Positions 30,523-38,983 of a stretch of DNA of 64,000 nucleotides are shown here, piece by piece (position 1 is the first letter of the stretch; each line of letters starts with the position of its first letter). This DNA comes from a virus: positions 4,526 to 68,525 of IMG/VR virus record IMGVR_UViG_3300034082_001517; one strand, given 5' to 3'. A program made the position numbers and the translations under genes. The notes under the pieces are model-generated. The model ran no database searches, was not told the DNA's origin, and worked only from the letters and a program-made list of their open reading frames with translations.

Positions 30523-32121
30523 CTATTGGTTTAAAACAACATATGAATAGCCACTAGCAGCCGCATATGTGTCTGTGTCGGCTGTTAGCCCACTCATTGT
30601 ATCATAAGACAAAGCAGTTGGGGTAGTTTCTGTAACGATAATTATACCCCCTCCACCGCCTGCCCCACCTCTTTTGCCAGTCCCCCCTGCGGCTGCTGCT
30701 GGTGCAGCAAGCCCCCCAACACCGTTTGTTCCTGCTGTTCCTGCTGCACCATTTGTCCCTGGAGTTCCTGCTGCGCCTCCAGCAGAATGTTTTTGTGGGT
30801 AGTGAGCATGGACAGGGTTAAAGGATGCCTCTACATGGACATGGGGCTGATATTTGGCATAAGGACCGTGTCCGTGAACAGTGCCCACATAATAATCTAA
30901 AACATTAGTAGCGGCATTGCTGTGACCGTTTGGATGGGTAGTGTCCTGCATATGAGGTGCGTCTGAATGGTAACTGCCATTGTGGTAATGATGAGCATTA
31001 TGCCCATGTGCGTGAAGTGGGTGTGGATGACCTGCATGATATGTTTCTGGTCCAGCGGGATGAACAGTGTGAGAATGAAGTTTATAACTAACATGCCTAT
31101 GCGGGTAATGGTGATGGGAATTTTGGGCTGGGTGATGACCGCCCGTACCTGCTGCGCCTGCTGTAGCACCTGTGCCTGCTACGCCTGCTGTAGCACCTGT
31201 TCCGTTAGCACCTGCTTGACCTGCTGTGCCTGGTGTACCAGCAGAACCAGTGGAGCCTGACCTTCCAAGACTAATTACTCTTCCGCTTCCCTTAACGGTG
31301 TGAGCAACAATTAAAACCAATCCACCTCCAGAACCTGGAGTTCCACCTGCCCCTCCAAGTCCAGGAGTTGCTCCCGTGGCTGTCCCAGGACTTCCTGTTG
31401 TGCCTGCGGCACCGTTTGTACCTGGAGTTCCTGCTGCACCATTTGTTCCTGCTGTAGCATTCAGACTAACATGGGAATGATTATCGCCAATTCCCAAAGT
31501 GTAGTACTGAGTGGATTGATGTGATGCTCCACCAGCGCCCGTGCCTGCTGCGCCTGCTGTAGCACCTGAACCTGCTGTCCCTGCTGTCCCTGCTTTGCCT
31601 GTCCAAGTATCAGAGTCTGTTAATGCAGGAGTGGTTGTCCCTTGGCTTCCTGTTGTGCCTTTAGCACCACCTTTAATAGCAACGACCCCACCTGTAGTTA
31701 CAACCGCACCCGCAATTAAAGAATTTATATGTTTACGATAAGACTCAGGAAGTTGTGTTGCGCTTGGAGTCCCAACGCCACCTCCACCTGTTCCGCCTAC
31801 CGAATAAACAATTGATGATGACGATGTTTCAACACCCGAAATAGTACCAGTAGCAATATCGGAACTTGGTTCTCCAACAACGCCTCCTGTAAATGTTCCC
31901 AGACCTATAGCACCATTTATGGTAAGGGTATTTTTGACAAACACCCGAAATCCATTTGTAAGCAAAAATGCACCACTGTTTATTGTTAAATTGTTGTAAT
32001 ACATGTCTGAAGTAAGAGTGATTGGATTACCAGTAATAATTACATCGCCATCAGACCCATCACCGTACACTGCATTATTGCCAAGCCTTGCAACACTTTT
32101 TTCTATTCTTGAAATTGGCAT
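30523..32121 (-). CDS. Glycine-rich (G-X-X repeat) adhesin/fibre protein with His-rich insertion
   Basis: GTAGTAGSG... triplets flanking a loop of approx. 117 aa with about 30 His; paralog of next gene. Confidence 0.8.
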   Translation of the reverse strand: MPISRIEKSVARLGNNAVYGDGSDGDVIITGNPITLTSDMYYNNLTINSGAFLLTNGFRVFVKNTLTINGAIGLGTFTGGVVGEPSSDIATGTISGVETSSSSIVYSVGGTGGGGVGTPSATQLPESYRKHINSLIAGAVVTTGGVVAIKGGAKGTTGSQGTTTPALTDSDTWTGKAGTAGTAGSGATAGAAGTGAGGASHQSTQYYTLGIGDNHSHVSLNATAGTNGAAGTPGTNGAAGTTGSPGTATGATPGLGGAGGTPGSGGGLVLIVAHTVKGSGRVISLGRSGSTGSAGTPGTAGQAGANGTGATAGVAGTGATAGAAGTGGHHPAQNSHHHYPHRHVSYKLHSHTVHPAGPETYHAGHPHPLHAHGHNAHHYHNGSYHSDAPHMQDTTHPNGHSNAATNVLDYYVGTVHGHGPYAKYQPHVHVEASFNPVHAHYPQKHSAGGAAGTPGTNGAAGTAGTNGVGGLAAPAAAAGGTGKRGGAGGGGGIIIVTETTPTALSYDTMSGLTADTDTYAAASGYSYVVLNQ

Positions 32122-32122
32122 G

Positions 32123-32887
32123 TCACACCTGCGACATGTAGTGGACTGTACCTGCGTTTTGTCCAGTTACATCAGTAGTAATTCCAGCAGCCAATGTTTC
32201 AGCAGAAGATACAACAAGAATTACTCCTCCACCTGCGGGAGCAGTTCCTGGTGCTTTAATATAAGCCGTACCTGTTGCTGGTCCAGAAATATAACGAGCA
32301 GCAACGATAACGATCCCACCACCAGCTTGCCCAGAACCTCCAGCACCACCACGCAAAAATGTAGGACCACCAGATGCAGTAACTGAATAACCAGTTATTG
32401 CCTGACTTGGAATTTTAAAGTAATTAGTTCCGCCAAGGGATGCTAATGGGGCAGTCGCTGCAAAGCCAGTAGCGGAACCACCAAGAGAGTGAGAGACCGC
32501 AGTATTCGCCGCTCCACCTTGTTTAATTGAACCGTCAGTTGCAAACCCTGTAGTGTATCCAATTGTAGAGTTATTCCCCATGAGTTTCAATGCTCCCTTA
32601 ACAAATATCCTATAACCATTAGGCGCAAGGCGAACACTGGCATTAATAGTCAAATCATTAAAATACAAATCTGTTGTCATGGAATAAACATTTGCAGACG
32701 GAACCATGCTTAGAACAGTTGAAGAGCCGTTAAGTACGGCATCGCCATCACTGCCTGTTCCATAAACAGAGTCAACAGATTCGTTGTAATAAGCAACCCA
32801 TACTGAGCCGTCCCATTGCCAACTCTTAGAGCCAACAGTGAAAATCTGGTTTGTGTATGGAGAAGCAGGGAAAGTAATCGCTGTCAT
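32123..32887 (-). CDS. Glycine-rich virion protein, short paralog of 30523-32121
   Basis: Shared VYG.GSDGD, LTIN, NG(Y/F)R(I/V)FVK, GGG(I/L)V.(V/I) motifs; N-terminal FPASP...WQWDG..W domain. Confidence 0.75.
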   Translation of the reverse strand: MTAITFPASPYTNQIFTVGSKSWQWDGSVWVAYYNESVDSVYGTGSDGDAVLNGSSTVLSMVPSANVYSMTTDLYFNDLTINASVRLAPNGYRIFVKGALKLMGNNSTIGYTTGFATDGSIKQGGAANTAVSHSLGGSATGFAATAPLASLGGTNYFKIPSQAITGYSVTASGGPTFLRGGAGGSGQAGGGIVIVAARYISGPATGTAYIKAPGTAPAGGGVILVVSSAETLAAGITTDVTGQNAGTVHYMSQV

Positions 32888-33018
32888 TACTCACCTGTCC
32901 ATTCTTCTGCGATGTTATTTTCAGCAACCTCAGTCCAACCCGATGCAAGTAGGTCGGCGTATTCTTCTTCGGTCATTTCACGAACTTCATCATCTATTTG
33001 TATGTTTGGTCGTGTCAT
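32887..33018 (-). CDS. Small fibre-assembly-like protein (43 aa)
   Basis: MTRPNIQIDDEVREMTEEEYADLLASGW...; REMTEEE motif typically follows fibre genes. Confidence 0.65.
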   Translation of the reverse strand: MTRPNIQIDDEVREMTEEEYADLLASGWTEVAENNIAEEWTGE

Positions 33019-33021
33019 CGG

Positions 33022-34443
33022 TTATGCCTTTCGGTATCCGTACACGGTGATAGTTCCACCAGTCATTGTTCCGCTTGATGCCGTGATTGTAAAGGCTGTG
33101 TATGAAGTAGCGTCATTAAGATAGCCACCAAAGACACCCATTGGATAACTGGTAGATGTGCTAATAGGGTTTGTTCTAAAGACTGTTCGCTTAGTAAGAA
33201 ACGGACTTTCTATTTCGCCTCTGCCCGACAAAGCATTTGTACTGCCATATCCGATGTCTATAAATGCACCATTGTTTGTATTTGTACCCGTTACTGTTGA
33301 GGCTGTGTACCCAACATAAATGCCACCAGCATAGTAGCCCGTTGCCGTTGCACCAAGTGTCAACCGAAGGTTGGCATCGCCACTACCCACGCCGCCACTT
33401 AACTGGATTTGATAGTTGTCGTAAGTAGTAGAAAACGCATTAGAAACAGTCACGCTTGAAACACCTGTGCCGACCGTCTGAGATTTCACATACACCAAGC
33501 CTGAGTTGCCGACAGCAGTACCACCCGACACCTGCTGCCAAGCCGACCCACCATAAACATACTCAAGACTTGTATCTGTTTCATAGACATGTTGACCAGT
33601 CCACGGGGATGATGGGCGGGTAGTAGAAGTTGCTTGGTACGGAGACAGTGTGCCTCCGCCTAATTCAATCCATGCCGAGTTGTAGTAGATAAAAGAAGCA
33701 CCAGTAGATGTATCAAACCAAAGGTCGCCAGCAGACGGAGAAACTGGAGCAGTTGCAGAACTAATTAATCCAGCAGAACCTATATTAGTATATGTTGAAC
33801 CATCATTAGTGAACTGCCATTTATCTGTTGTTTCATCCCAGCGAATAAAAACATTTGTAGAAGTTCCTCGTTCAACTTCAAGACCAGAGTTTAATGTAGG
33901 AGAACCAGTTACACCAGAATTAAGTAGAATAAAACTATCTTCAACATTAAGATTGGCGGTATTAAGAGTAGTTGTATTGCCACTAACAGTTAGATCACCA
34001 GTTACTACAAGATTGTTTGAAATGGTAACATTAGCTGGCAAGCTTATCGTAACAGCTGCGCTTTCAGAACCCGAACCAGATACGGTTATTTGATCTGCAG
34101 TTCCAGCAATCGTAGCAACATAGTTGCCAGTTGTGTCCGTTCCAAGAGCAATAGTTCCACTCAGTGCAACAGTTCCGCTCGCATCAGGAAGACTTACGGT
34201 TCTATCGGCTGTTGGGTCAACAACGGTTAGGATTGTTTCAAAACCATCAGCTGTACTACCTTCAAAATAAATCACATGGGGTTCTGGGAGATAGATGCCA
34301 TGAATAACTGGTGTTTGACCAGTAGCAGTAATAGTTGGTCCATTGATAATTGGAGTAGTAAGAGTTTTATTAGAAAGTGTCTGGGTACTGTCTAAATCAA
34401 CAGAAAGTGTATCGTTAATTAAATCTTTATTGAGATTAGGCAT
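33022..34443 (-). CDS. Tail fibre protein
   Basis: QTLSNKTLTTP, PTADRTVSLPDASGT, GDLWFDT modules; shares a segment with the 20640-21830 fibre. Confidence 0.8.
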   Translation of the reverse strand: MPNLNKDLINDTLSVDLDSTQTLSNKTLTTPIINGPTITATGQTPVIHGIYLPEPHVIYFEGSTADGFETILTVVDPTADRTVSLPDASGTVALSGTIALGTDTTGNYVATIAGTADQITVSGSGSESAAVTISLPANVTISNNLVVTGDLTVSGNTTTLNTANLNVEDSFILLNSGVTGSPTLNSGLEVERGTSTNVFIRWDETTDKWQFTNDGSTYTNIGSAGLISSATAPVSPSAGDLWFDTSTGASFIYYNSAWIELGGGTLSPYQATSTTRPSSPWTGQHVYETDTSLEYVYGGSAWQQVSGGTAVGNSGLVYVKSQTVGTGVSSVTVSNAFSTTYDNYQIQLSGGVGSGDANLRLTLGATATGYYAGGIYVGYTASTVTGTNTNNGAFIDIGYGSTNALSGRGEIESPFLTKRTVFRTNPISTSTSYPMGVFGGYLNDATSYTAFTITASSGTMTGGTITVYGYRKA

Positions 34444-34768
34444 ATTCTACACCGCTAATTGTAAATGTCACAGCGTTAGCTGTTACTTGATCTACATAGA
34501 TTTTACTATTAGCAGGTATAACTACTGATGTATTATAATACACAACATTATTTGCTAATACAGTAACATTGCTTACCACCTTGTTATTAGCCGCAGCTGT
34601 TGCTGCACCAACAAGAATGTGAATGCTGCATACAGCATTGGAAGAAGTTGTATTGCAAAGATTAATGTTTTTAATAATTGAATAATTACCAACTGTATTT
34701 GCTGTTGTATAAGCATCTGTAGCAGAACCACTACCAATATAGAAACTTTTTGGCGTTAAATTAGCCAT
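34436..34768 (-). CDS. Virion accessory protein
   Basis: MANLTPK...IIKNINLCN...FTISGVE; beta-sandwich type. Confidence 0.65.
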   Translation of the reverse strand: MANLTPKSFYIGSGSATDAYTTANTVGNYSIIKNINLCNTTSSNAVCSIHILVGAATAAANNKVVSNVTVLANNVVYYNTSVVIPANSKIYVDQVTANAVTFTISGVEYA

Positions 34769-34769
34769 A

Positions 34770-35111
34770 TTATACCCCCATCCAGACAAGAACTTCATTG
34801 TCATATGTCGTTGTATTCATATCTTGAATAACAGCTGCATCAAGGACATGATCTACAAATGAACCAGAAATGTGAGCATTGGCAACTGTTCCGTCATACC
34901 CTCTTTCAGAAACAGTAAGGGTATTGCTTGCTCTTGAAGAGATTAAAACTTTTTCTTCTGAAGTGTTACCACGATCCAAAACAATTACAAATGGGTTAGC
35001 ACCACTTGGATATGTTGAACCGTCAACAACTGAGATGGAAGAAGCACTATTGCTGATGTTGGCAGAAAGAGTTGTCCTCAAGACCGCACCGCTAAATTCT
35101 CTTCTCAGCAT
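34770..35111 (-). CDS. Virion accessory protein
   Basis: TTLSANIS...EEKV...LTVSERGYDGTVANAH motif. Confidence 0.65.
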   Translation of the reverse strand: MLRREFSGAVLRTTLSANISNSASSISVVDGSTYPSGANPFVIVLDRGNTSEEKVLISSRASNTLTVSERGYDGTVANAHISGSFVDHVLDAAVIQDMNTTTYDNEVLVWMGV

Positions 35112-35120
35112 ACTAATCTC

Positions 35121-35504
35121 CTAGTCAATGCTGATATCAAGATCGCCTGTTGCGATTCTTAGAGTATCCCCAGCATCTGTTGTTTTGTTCGTTGTAAGGG
35201 TTCCCCACAATAGTAAGTTCCCAGATGTAATTGCATCAAAAATACCAATAGCTACAGTTGTAGCCGCAGGCATTCCCGTAAAGTCAATATTCGCACTATT
35301 GGATGTTGCACCACTAGATGCAGCAGCAAAAGTTGCAGGCTGTCTAGCATACGAACCGCCAGTTACTTGTGTTCCACCGCCTGTATCATCTGGAGCAACT
35401 GTGTACAAAGCAACATAAACAGTGGTTGGCATAGTATATGCGGTTGTGCCTAGAAAGTGATCAAGTAATTCGTTCTCTAGATAGTTTGAAAGATTCCCTG
35501 CCAT
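35121..35504 (-). CDS. Virion structural protein
   Basis: LSNYLENELLDH...YVALYT...GGSYARQ...GNLL widespread phage structural family. Confidence 0.75.
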   Translation of the reverse strand: MAGNLSNYLENELLDHFLGTTAYTMPTTVYVALYTVAPDDTGGGTQVTGGSYARQPATFAAASSGATSNSANIDFTGMPAATTVAIGIFDAITSGNLLLWGTLTTNKTTDAGDTLRIATGDLDISID

Positions 35505-35507
35505 AAA

Positions 35508-35873
35508 TTAGCCCTCCAAGTTATTATAATACATTTCCTTTTCTTCGTCATTAGCTAATCTGAAATTAGAAAGTCTTAAAAGTAAATTTGCTTCCGCAAA
35601 AGAGACTTCCCTCATTGGGGATTCTCTTGTAAACCTAATTCCTGTTCCCGTTGTATAACCCATTCCACTTTCAAAATAAATTACAAGGGATTCAGTATCG
35701 CTAGAAATGTTCGCCAATTCAACAGGGCGCTCCGTTTCTTTTCCGTCATCAACCAAGCCATCATTATCACCATCAGTAGGGATTACTTCTTTTTTAACTG
35801 CAGCCTTCTTGGCTGGAGCCTTCTTGCGAGGGGCTGCTGTTTCAGTTGTAACTACATTATCTCTGTTTACCAT
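35508..35873 (-). CDS. Hypothetical head-associated protein
   Basis: 121 aa after MCP; KKAPAKK basic stretch, DGDNDGLVDD acidic loop. Confidence 0.6.
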   Translation of the reverse strand: MVNRDNVVTTETAAPRKKAPAKKAAVKKEVIPTDGDNDGLVDDGKETERPVELANISSDTESLVIYFESGMGYTTGTGIRFTRESPMREVSFAEANLLLRLSNFRLANDEEKEMYYNNLEG

Positions 35874-35912
35874 AAACCATCCTATTCTATAGATTCTTAT
35901 ATCCAGTATAAC

Positions 35913-35959
35913 ATGAGAGAGGGTGGAGGGTGATTACTCACACTCCACCCTTTCTACAT
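35913..35959 (-). terminator. Stem-loop after major capsid gene
   Basis: agagggtggag ... ctccaccctttct inverted repeat. Confidence 0.65.
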
Positions 35960-35971
35960 TAATTATTTATA

Positions 35972-37018
35972 TTAAAGAGTGCGCAGTTTGACATTCTTTG
36001 CAAGAACATAAGACTCAAGGTTCTCAATGTTGTTTGCAACACGCATAAACTGTGTGTACTCAATTGTGTCAGTCTTTGGTTGGAACTGACGGTAGAGGGT
36101 GATGTCACGGTGGATACCAATAACTCTATTGTTTGGGAATGTTAATTCAACATAACCATGTGAACCAGCAGCGGCTGAATAGTCACCCGAAACTGTTTCT
36201 GGCATGAGTGGAATTTCCACCAATGGAATACCATAAGGAGAAATTCCAGTAGCACCTGGACCACCGTTTGCACGGATTGAACCATTCAAGAATGCTTGCT
36301 CACCATATGTTGATGCTGGGGCTGCTGCTCCAGATGTTGCGGCTGTTGCCGAGTTAGGATTCTGCAAGCTGAAAGATGTGTCTTGCACAACTGCCGAGCC
36401 TGTGAAGAATCGCAATTCGTTACGGCGTTGCAAATACTTGCTTGGCATGTTACGAAGAACTCTGTCGTAGGTTGCACGGGAAACATTGTTTCCTGCTTCA
36501 TCAATAACAGTTGCACCTGCAAGAGCTAACTTGCTGAAACCATCAAGAGCCTTCAAAAGACCATTGTTGGATGATGTGTTACCATTAATCAAAAGATCGT
36601 CAAGATCGTTTGCTGTTTGGCGAGCCATCATTTGTGCAAGGTGATCTTCTAACGAAGCACCCTCAATGTTATCCTCAAGCGACTCTGTGCTCAATTCCCA
36701 ATCCAAACGAAGCTTTACGCTGTTCAACGAAACTTTAGAAAAAGTTACCGCTGCGTTTGAACCAGTGTCACTGGCTTCTGTTGCTTTTGCCATAATTCTT
36801 GTACCGACTGACACCTTGTCAATGTCAACCTGAGGTGTACGCATGCGCACAACTCTTGAACTTTGCATCAAAGTTGATTGATCTACTACGAAATCAATAA
36901 AACGATTTGACTGTTCTGCATTAAGGAGACCACCGATAGAGCTTACACCGCTACCCGAGTTCACCACTGCCGTTGTTACTTCATTAGCTTTTGCTAAAAT
37001 TTCATTTTGTGTTGCCAT
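35972..37018 (-). CDS. Major capsid protein (HK97 fold)
   Basis: GGLLNAEQSNRFID...ELSTESLEDNIEG...ANDLDDLLINGN...LDGF; follows protease/scaffold. Confidence 0.92.
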   Translation of the reverse strand: MATQNEILAKANEVTTAVVNSGSGVSSIGGLLNAEQSNRFIDFVVDQSTLMQSSRVVRMRTPQVDIDKVSVGTRIMAKATEASDTGSNAAVTFSKVSLNSVKLRLDWELSTESLEDNIEGASLEDHLAQMMARQTANDLDDLLINGNTSSNNGLLKALDGFSKLALAGATVIDEAGNNVSRATYDRVLRNMPSKYLQRRNELRFFTGSAVVQDTSFSLQNPNSATAATSGAAAPASTYGEQAFLNGSIRANGGPGATGISPYGIPLVEIPLMPETVSGDYSAAAGSHGYVELTFPNNRVIGIHRDITLYRQFQPKTDTIEYTQFMRVANNIENLESYVLAKNVKLRTL

Positions 37019-37032
37019 ATGATGATCCTCCC

Positions 37033-38661
37033 TTATGACCTATAACCCAAAGAGCTAATTAACTCTTGTGGTAAATACATATTGCTCCAGAATGACTTTG
37101 GTGCGGACTTAACAAGCTCCTCACCATCTTCATCATCTTCTGGGTCAACGCTTTTCTTAACAGCTCCTGCTTGAGCGAATTCCTCAACCTTTGCTGTTTG
37201 AACCTCTAAGGCTTTCTCAGTTGTCTCCAACTTCTCAGCCAATTCAATTTTCTGATCCTCAACGCTCTTTGTTACAGCCTCAATTTTAGCATCAACATTC
37301 GCTTCTACTTCTTGTTTAAATGAAGTTGCGAAGTCGGTAAGCTTTTGATCAATGACTGAACCAAGGGCTTCTTTAAGAACTTCAATATCCATATCTTGTT
37401 CCTCCACTTGTTCAACAATCACATCCGCTTCTGTTGAAGCTTCTGTATCCTGCTCGGACTTTTCTAGTCCTAAATTATCAATTGGACCTACCCAATTAAT
37501 AAACTTCTTAATAAATGACATCTTGTTATCTGTCAAAGAATTATCCATAGGGATTACACTATCATATTTTTCTAAATTTTGCAATTCCTTATCAACATTA
37601 ATTTCACAATTACATGATTTTTCTACTTCCATAACAATCTCCTCGTATAATTCATCCAAGAGCATATCAATAATATCATTATCAACATTATCAGTTGCCA
37701 TTGTAAAATCTTCTTCAATTGATTCTGCATAACCCGAACTCTCAATAATGTCTAGCAGAGAATCAAGTAAGGAGTTATCAAAATCATTTTCCGAAACACT
37801 CTTCTTCTTAGTGTTGGCATACCTTTCCAACAACCTACGACCTTTGGCTGCAAGAGCAGCGGCATCTGAAGAGTTCTGTGGAACTGGCTCACCCCATGCG
37901 GCGGCAGAAAGGGCTAAGCGACTAGGCTCGCCATTTGGCTTCTTCATTGGTCCAGAAGGGTTGGTGAAAAATCTTGTTAAGAAAGAACCTTTGCGGCGCA
38001 TTTTCTCTGGGGTATTGGCGGCTCCACGAACACCTGGCTTTAAGTTTGCGCCCTCTGTTTGTTTAAAGTGCCTTCTACCAGCAGCAGTCAATCCACCCTT
38101 TGGATCCTTTAATGGCTGTTTTGCTTTTTCAATCTGGCAATCCAAGTCGCAATCAAGAGCGTAATTCAAATCCCCAACATTGTTCATTTTTACCAAATCA
38201 ATTACTGCCATAGCATTTGCTGGGTTATCTACTAAACTTAACTCACCAAGATCGTATTCTTTAATAATAGAAATTGGTCTGCCATTATGCATCTTGCCTT
38301 CCATGACTTCTTTCTTTGTAATCCGACCACCGATTGAAAAGGCACGAAGTGTTCCATCAAGAACTTTTTGCCAAGTAGCCTCGGCACCTTTGGAGATATA
38401 AGCTTCCACTTGAATAGCGTTATACTCTTGACCATCCTCGCCTTTTAACTTTAAAGGTTTGTAACTAATGGCTTTTCCAACAGCAATAGGGGCATGCATT
38501 TCACGAATGTTGCCTTGCCAGTTTTTAAAAGCAATCTCTGATGCTGCAAAATCAACAATATCATTAGACTTATCAACATTGTCAGCTGTAGCAACACCGC
38601 ATACAATGCGCTGCTCTGTCTTAATCATTGTGATTGGAAATGAAAAATTAAGATTGTCCAT
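37033..38661 (-). CDS. Prohead (capsid maturation) protease fused to scaffold, with inserted basic domain
   Basis: IREMH, AFSIGG, ELSLVDNPAN protease motifs; C-terminal acidic coiled coil. Confidence 0.88.
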   Translation of the reverse strand: MDNLNFSFPITMIKTEQRIVCGVATADNVDKSNDIVDFAASEIAFKNWQGNIREMHAPIAVGKAISYKPLKLKGEDGQEYNAIQVEAYISKGAEATWQKVLDGTLRAFSIGGRITKKEVMEGKMHNGRPISIIKEYDLGELSLVDNPANAMAVIDLVKMNNVGDLNYALDCDLDCQIEKAKQPLKDPKGGLTAAGRRHFKQTEGANLKPGVRGAANTPEKMRRKGSFLTRFFTNPSGPMKKPNGEPSRLALSAAAWGEPVPQNSSDAAALAAKGRRLLERYANTKKKSVSENDFDNSLLDSLLDIIESSGYAESIEEDFTMATDNVDNDIIDMLLDELYEEIVMEVEKSCNCEINVDKELQNLEKYDSVIPMDNSLTDNKMSFIKKFINWVGPIDNLGLEKSEQDTEASTEADVIVEQVEEQDMDIEVLKEALGSVIDQKLTDFATSFKQEVEANVDAKIEAVTKSVEDQKIELAEKLETTEKALEVQTAKVEEFAQAGAVKKSVDPEDDEDGEELVKSAPKSFWSNMYLPQELISSLGYRS

Positions 38662-38707
38662 AAAGATAGTGAACCCTAGTATAATACATTATTATAATGC
38701 AAGCAAA

Positions 38708-38983
38708 TTATGCAACTGCATATACAGCAAGTGTAACGGCTGCTGTCATAACTTGAAAACTTGTAAAATCACCTTCAACTTCAACATAACCGCCACCGCT
38801 ATTAATTGCTGGAATCACCACTTGATGTGGACCACCATTTAACTTAACCGTAGCATTTGTTGTAGCATGGGTATTATAAAAATGTATGCATTTAGTGTGA
38901 CCATTAGTAGATACAACGCCCGATGCGCCGCTCGTACTAGTCACCGCTGTATTGGAAAAAATAATTCCAGCTCCGTAACTCAT
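38708..38983 (-). CDS. Small head-module protein
   Basis: 91 aa, starts at TTG overlapping portal stop. Confidence 0.65.
   Translation of the reverse strand: MSYGAGIIFSNTAVTSTSGASGVVSTNGHTKCIHFYNTHATTNATVKLNGGPHQVVIPAINSGGGYVEVEGDFTSFQVMTAAVTLAVYAVA

Noticed and set aside
836-38842. Many long plus-strand ORFs opposite structural genes (e.g. 2870-3562, 4401-5177, 9375-10298, 24530-25501)
   Set aside because: Antisense shadows of Ala/Thr/Ile-rich minus-strand genes; no RBS or recognisable motifs.
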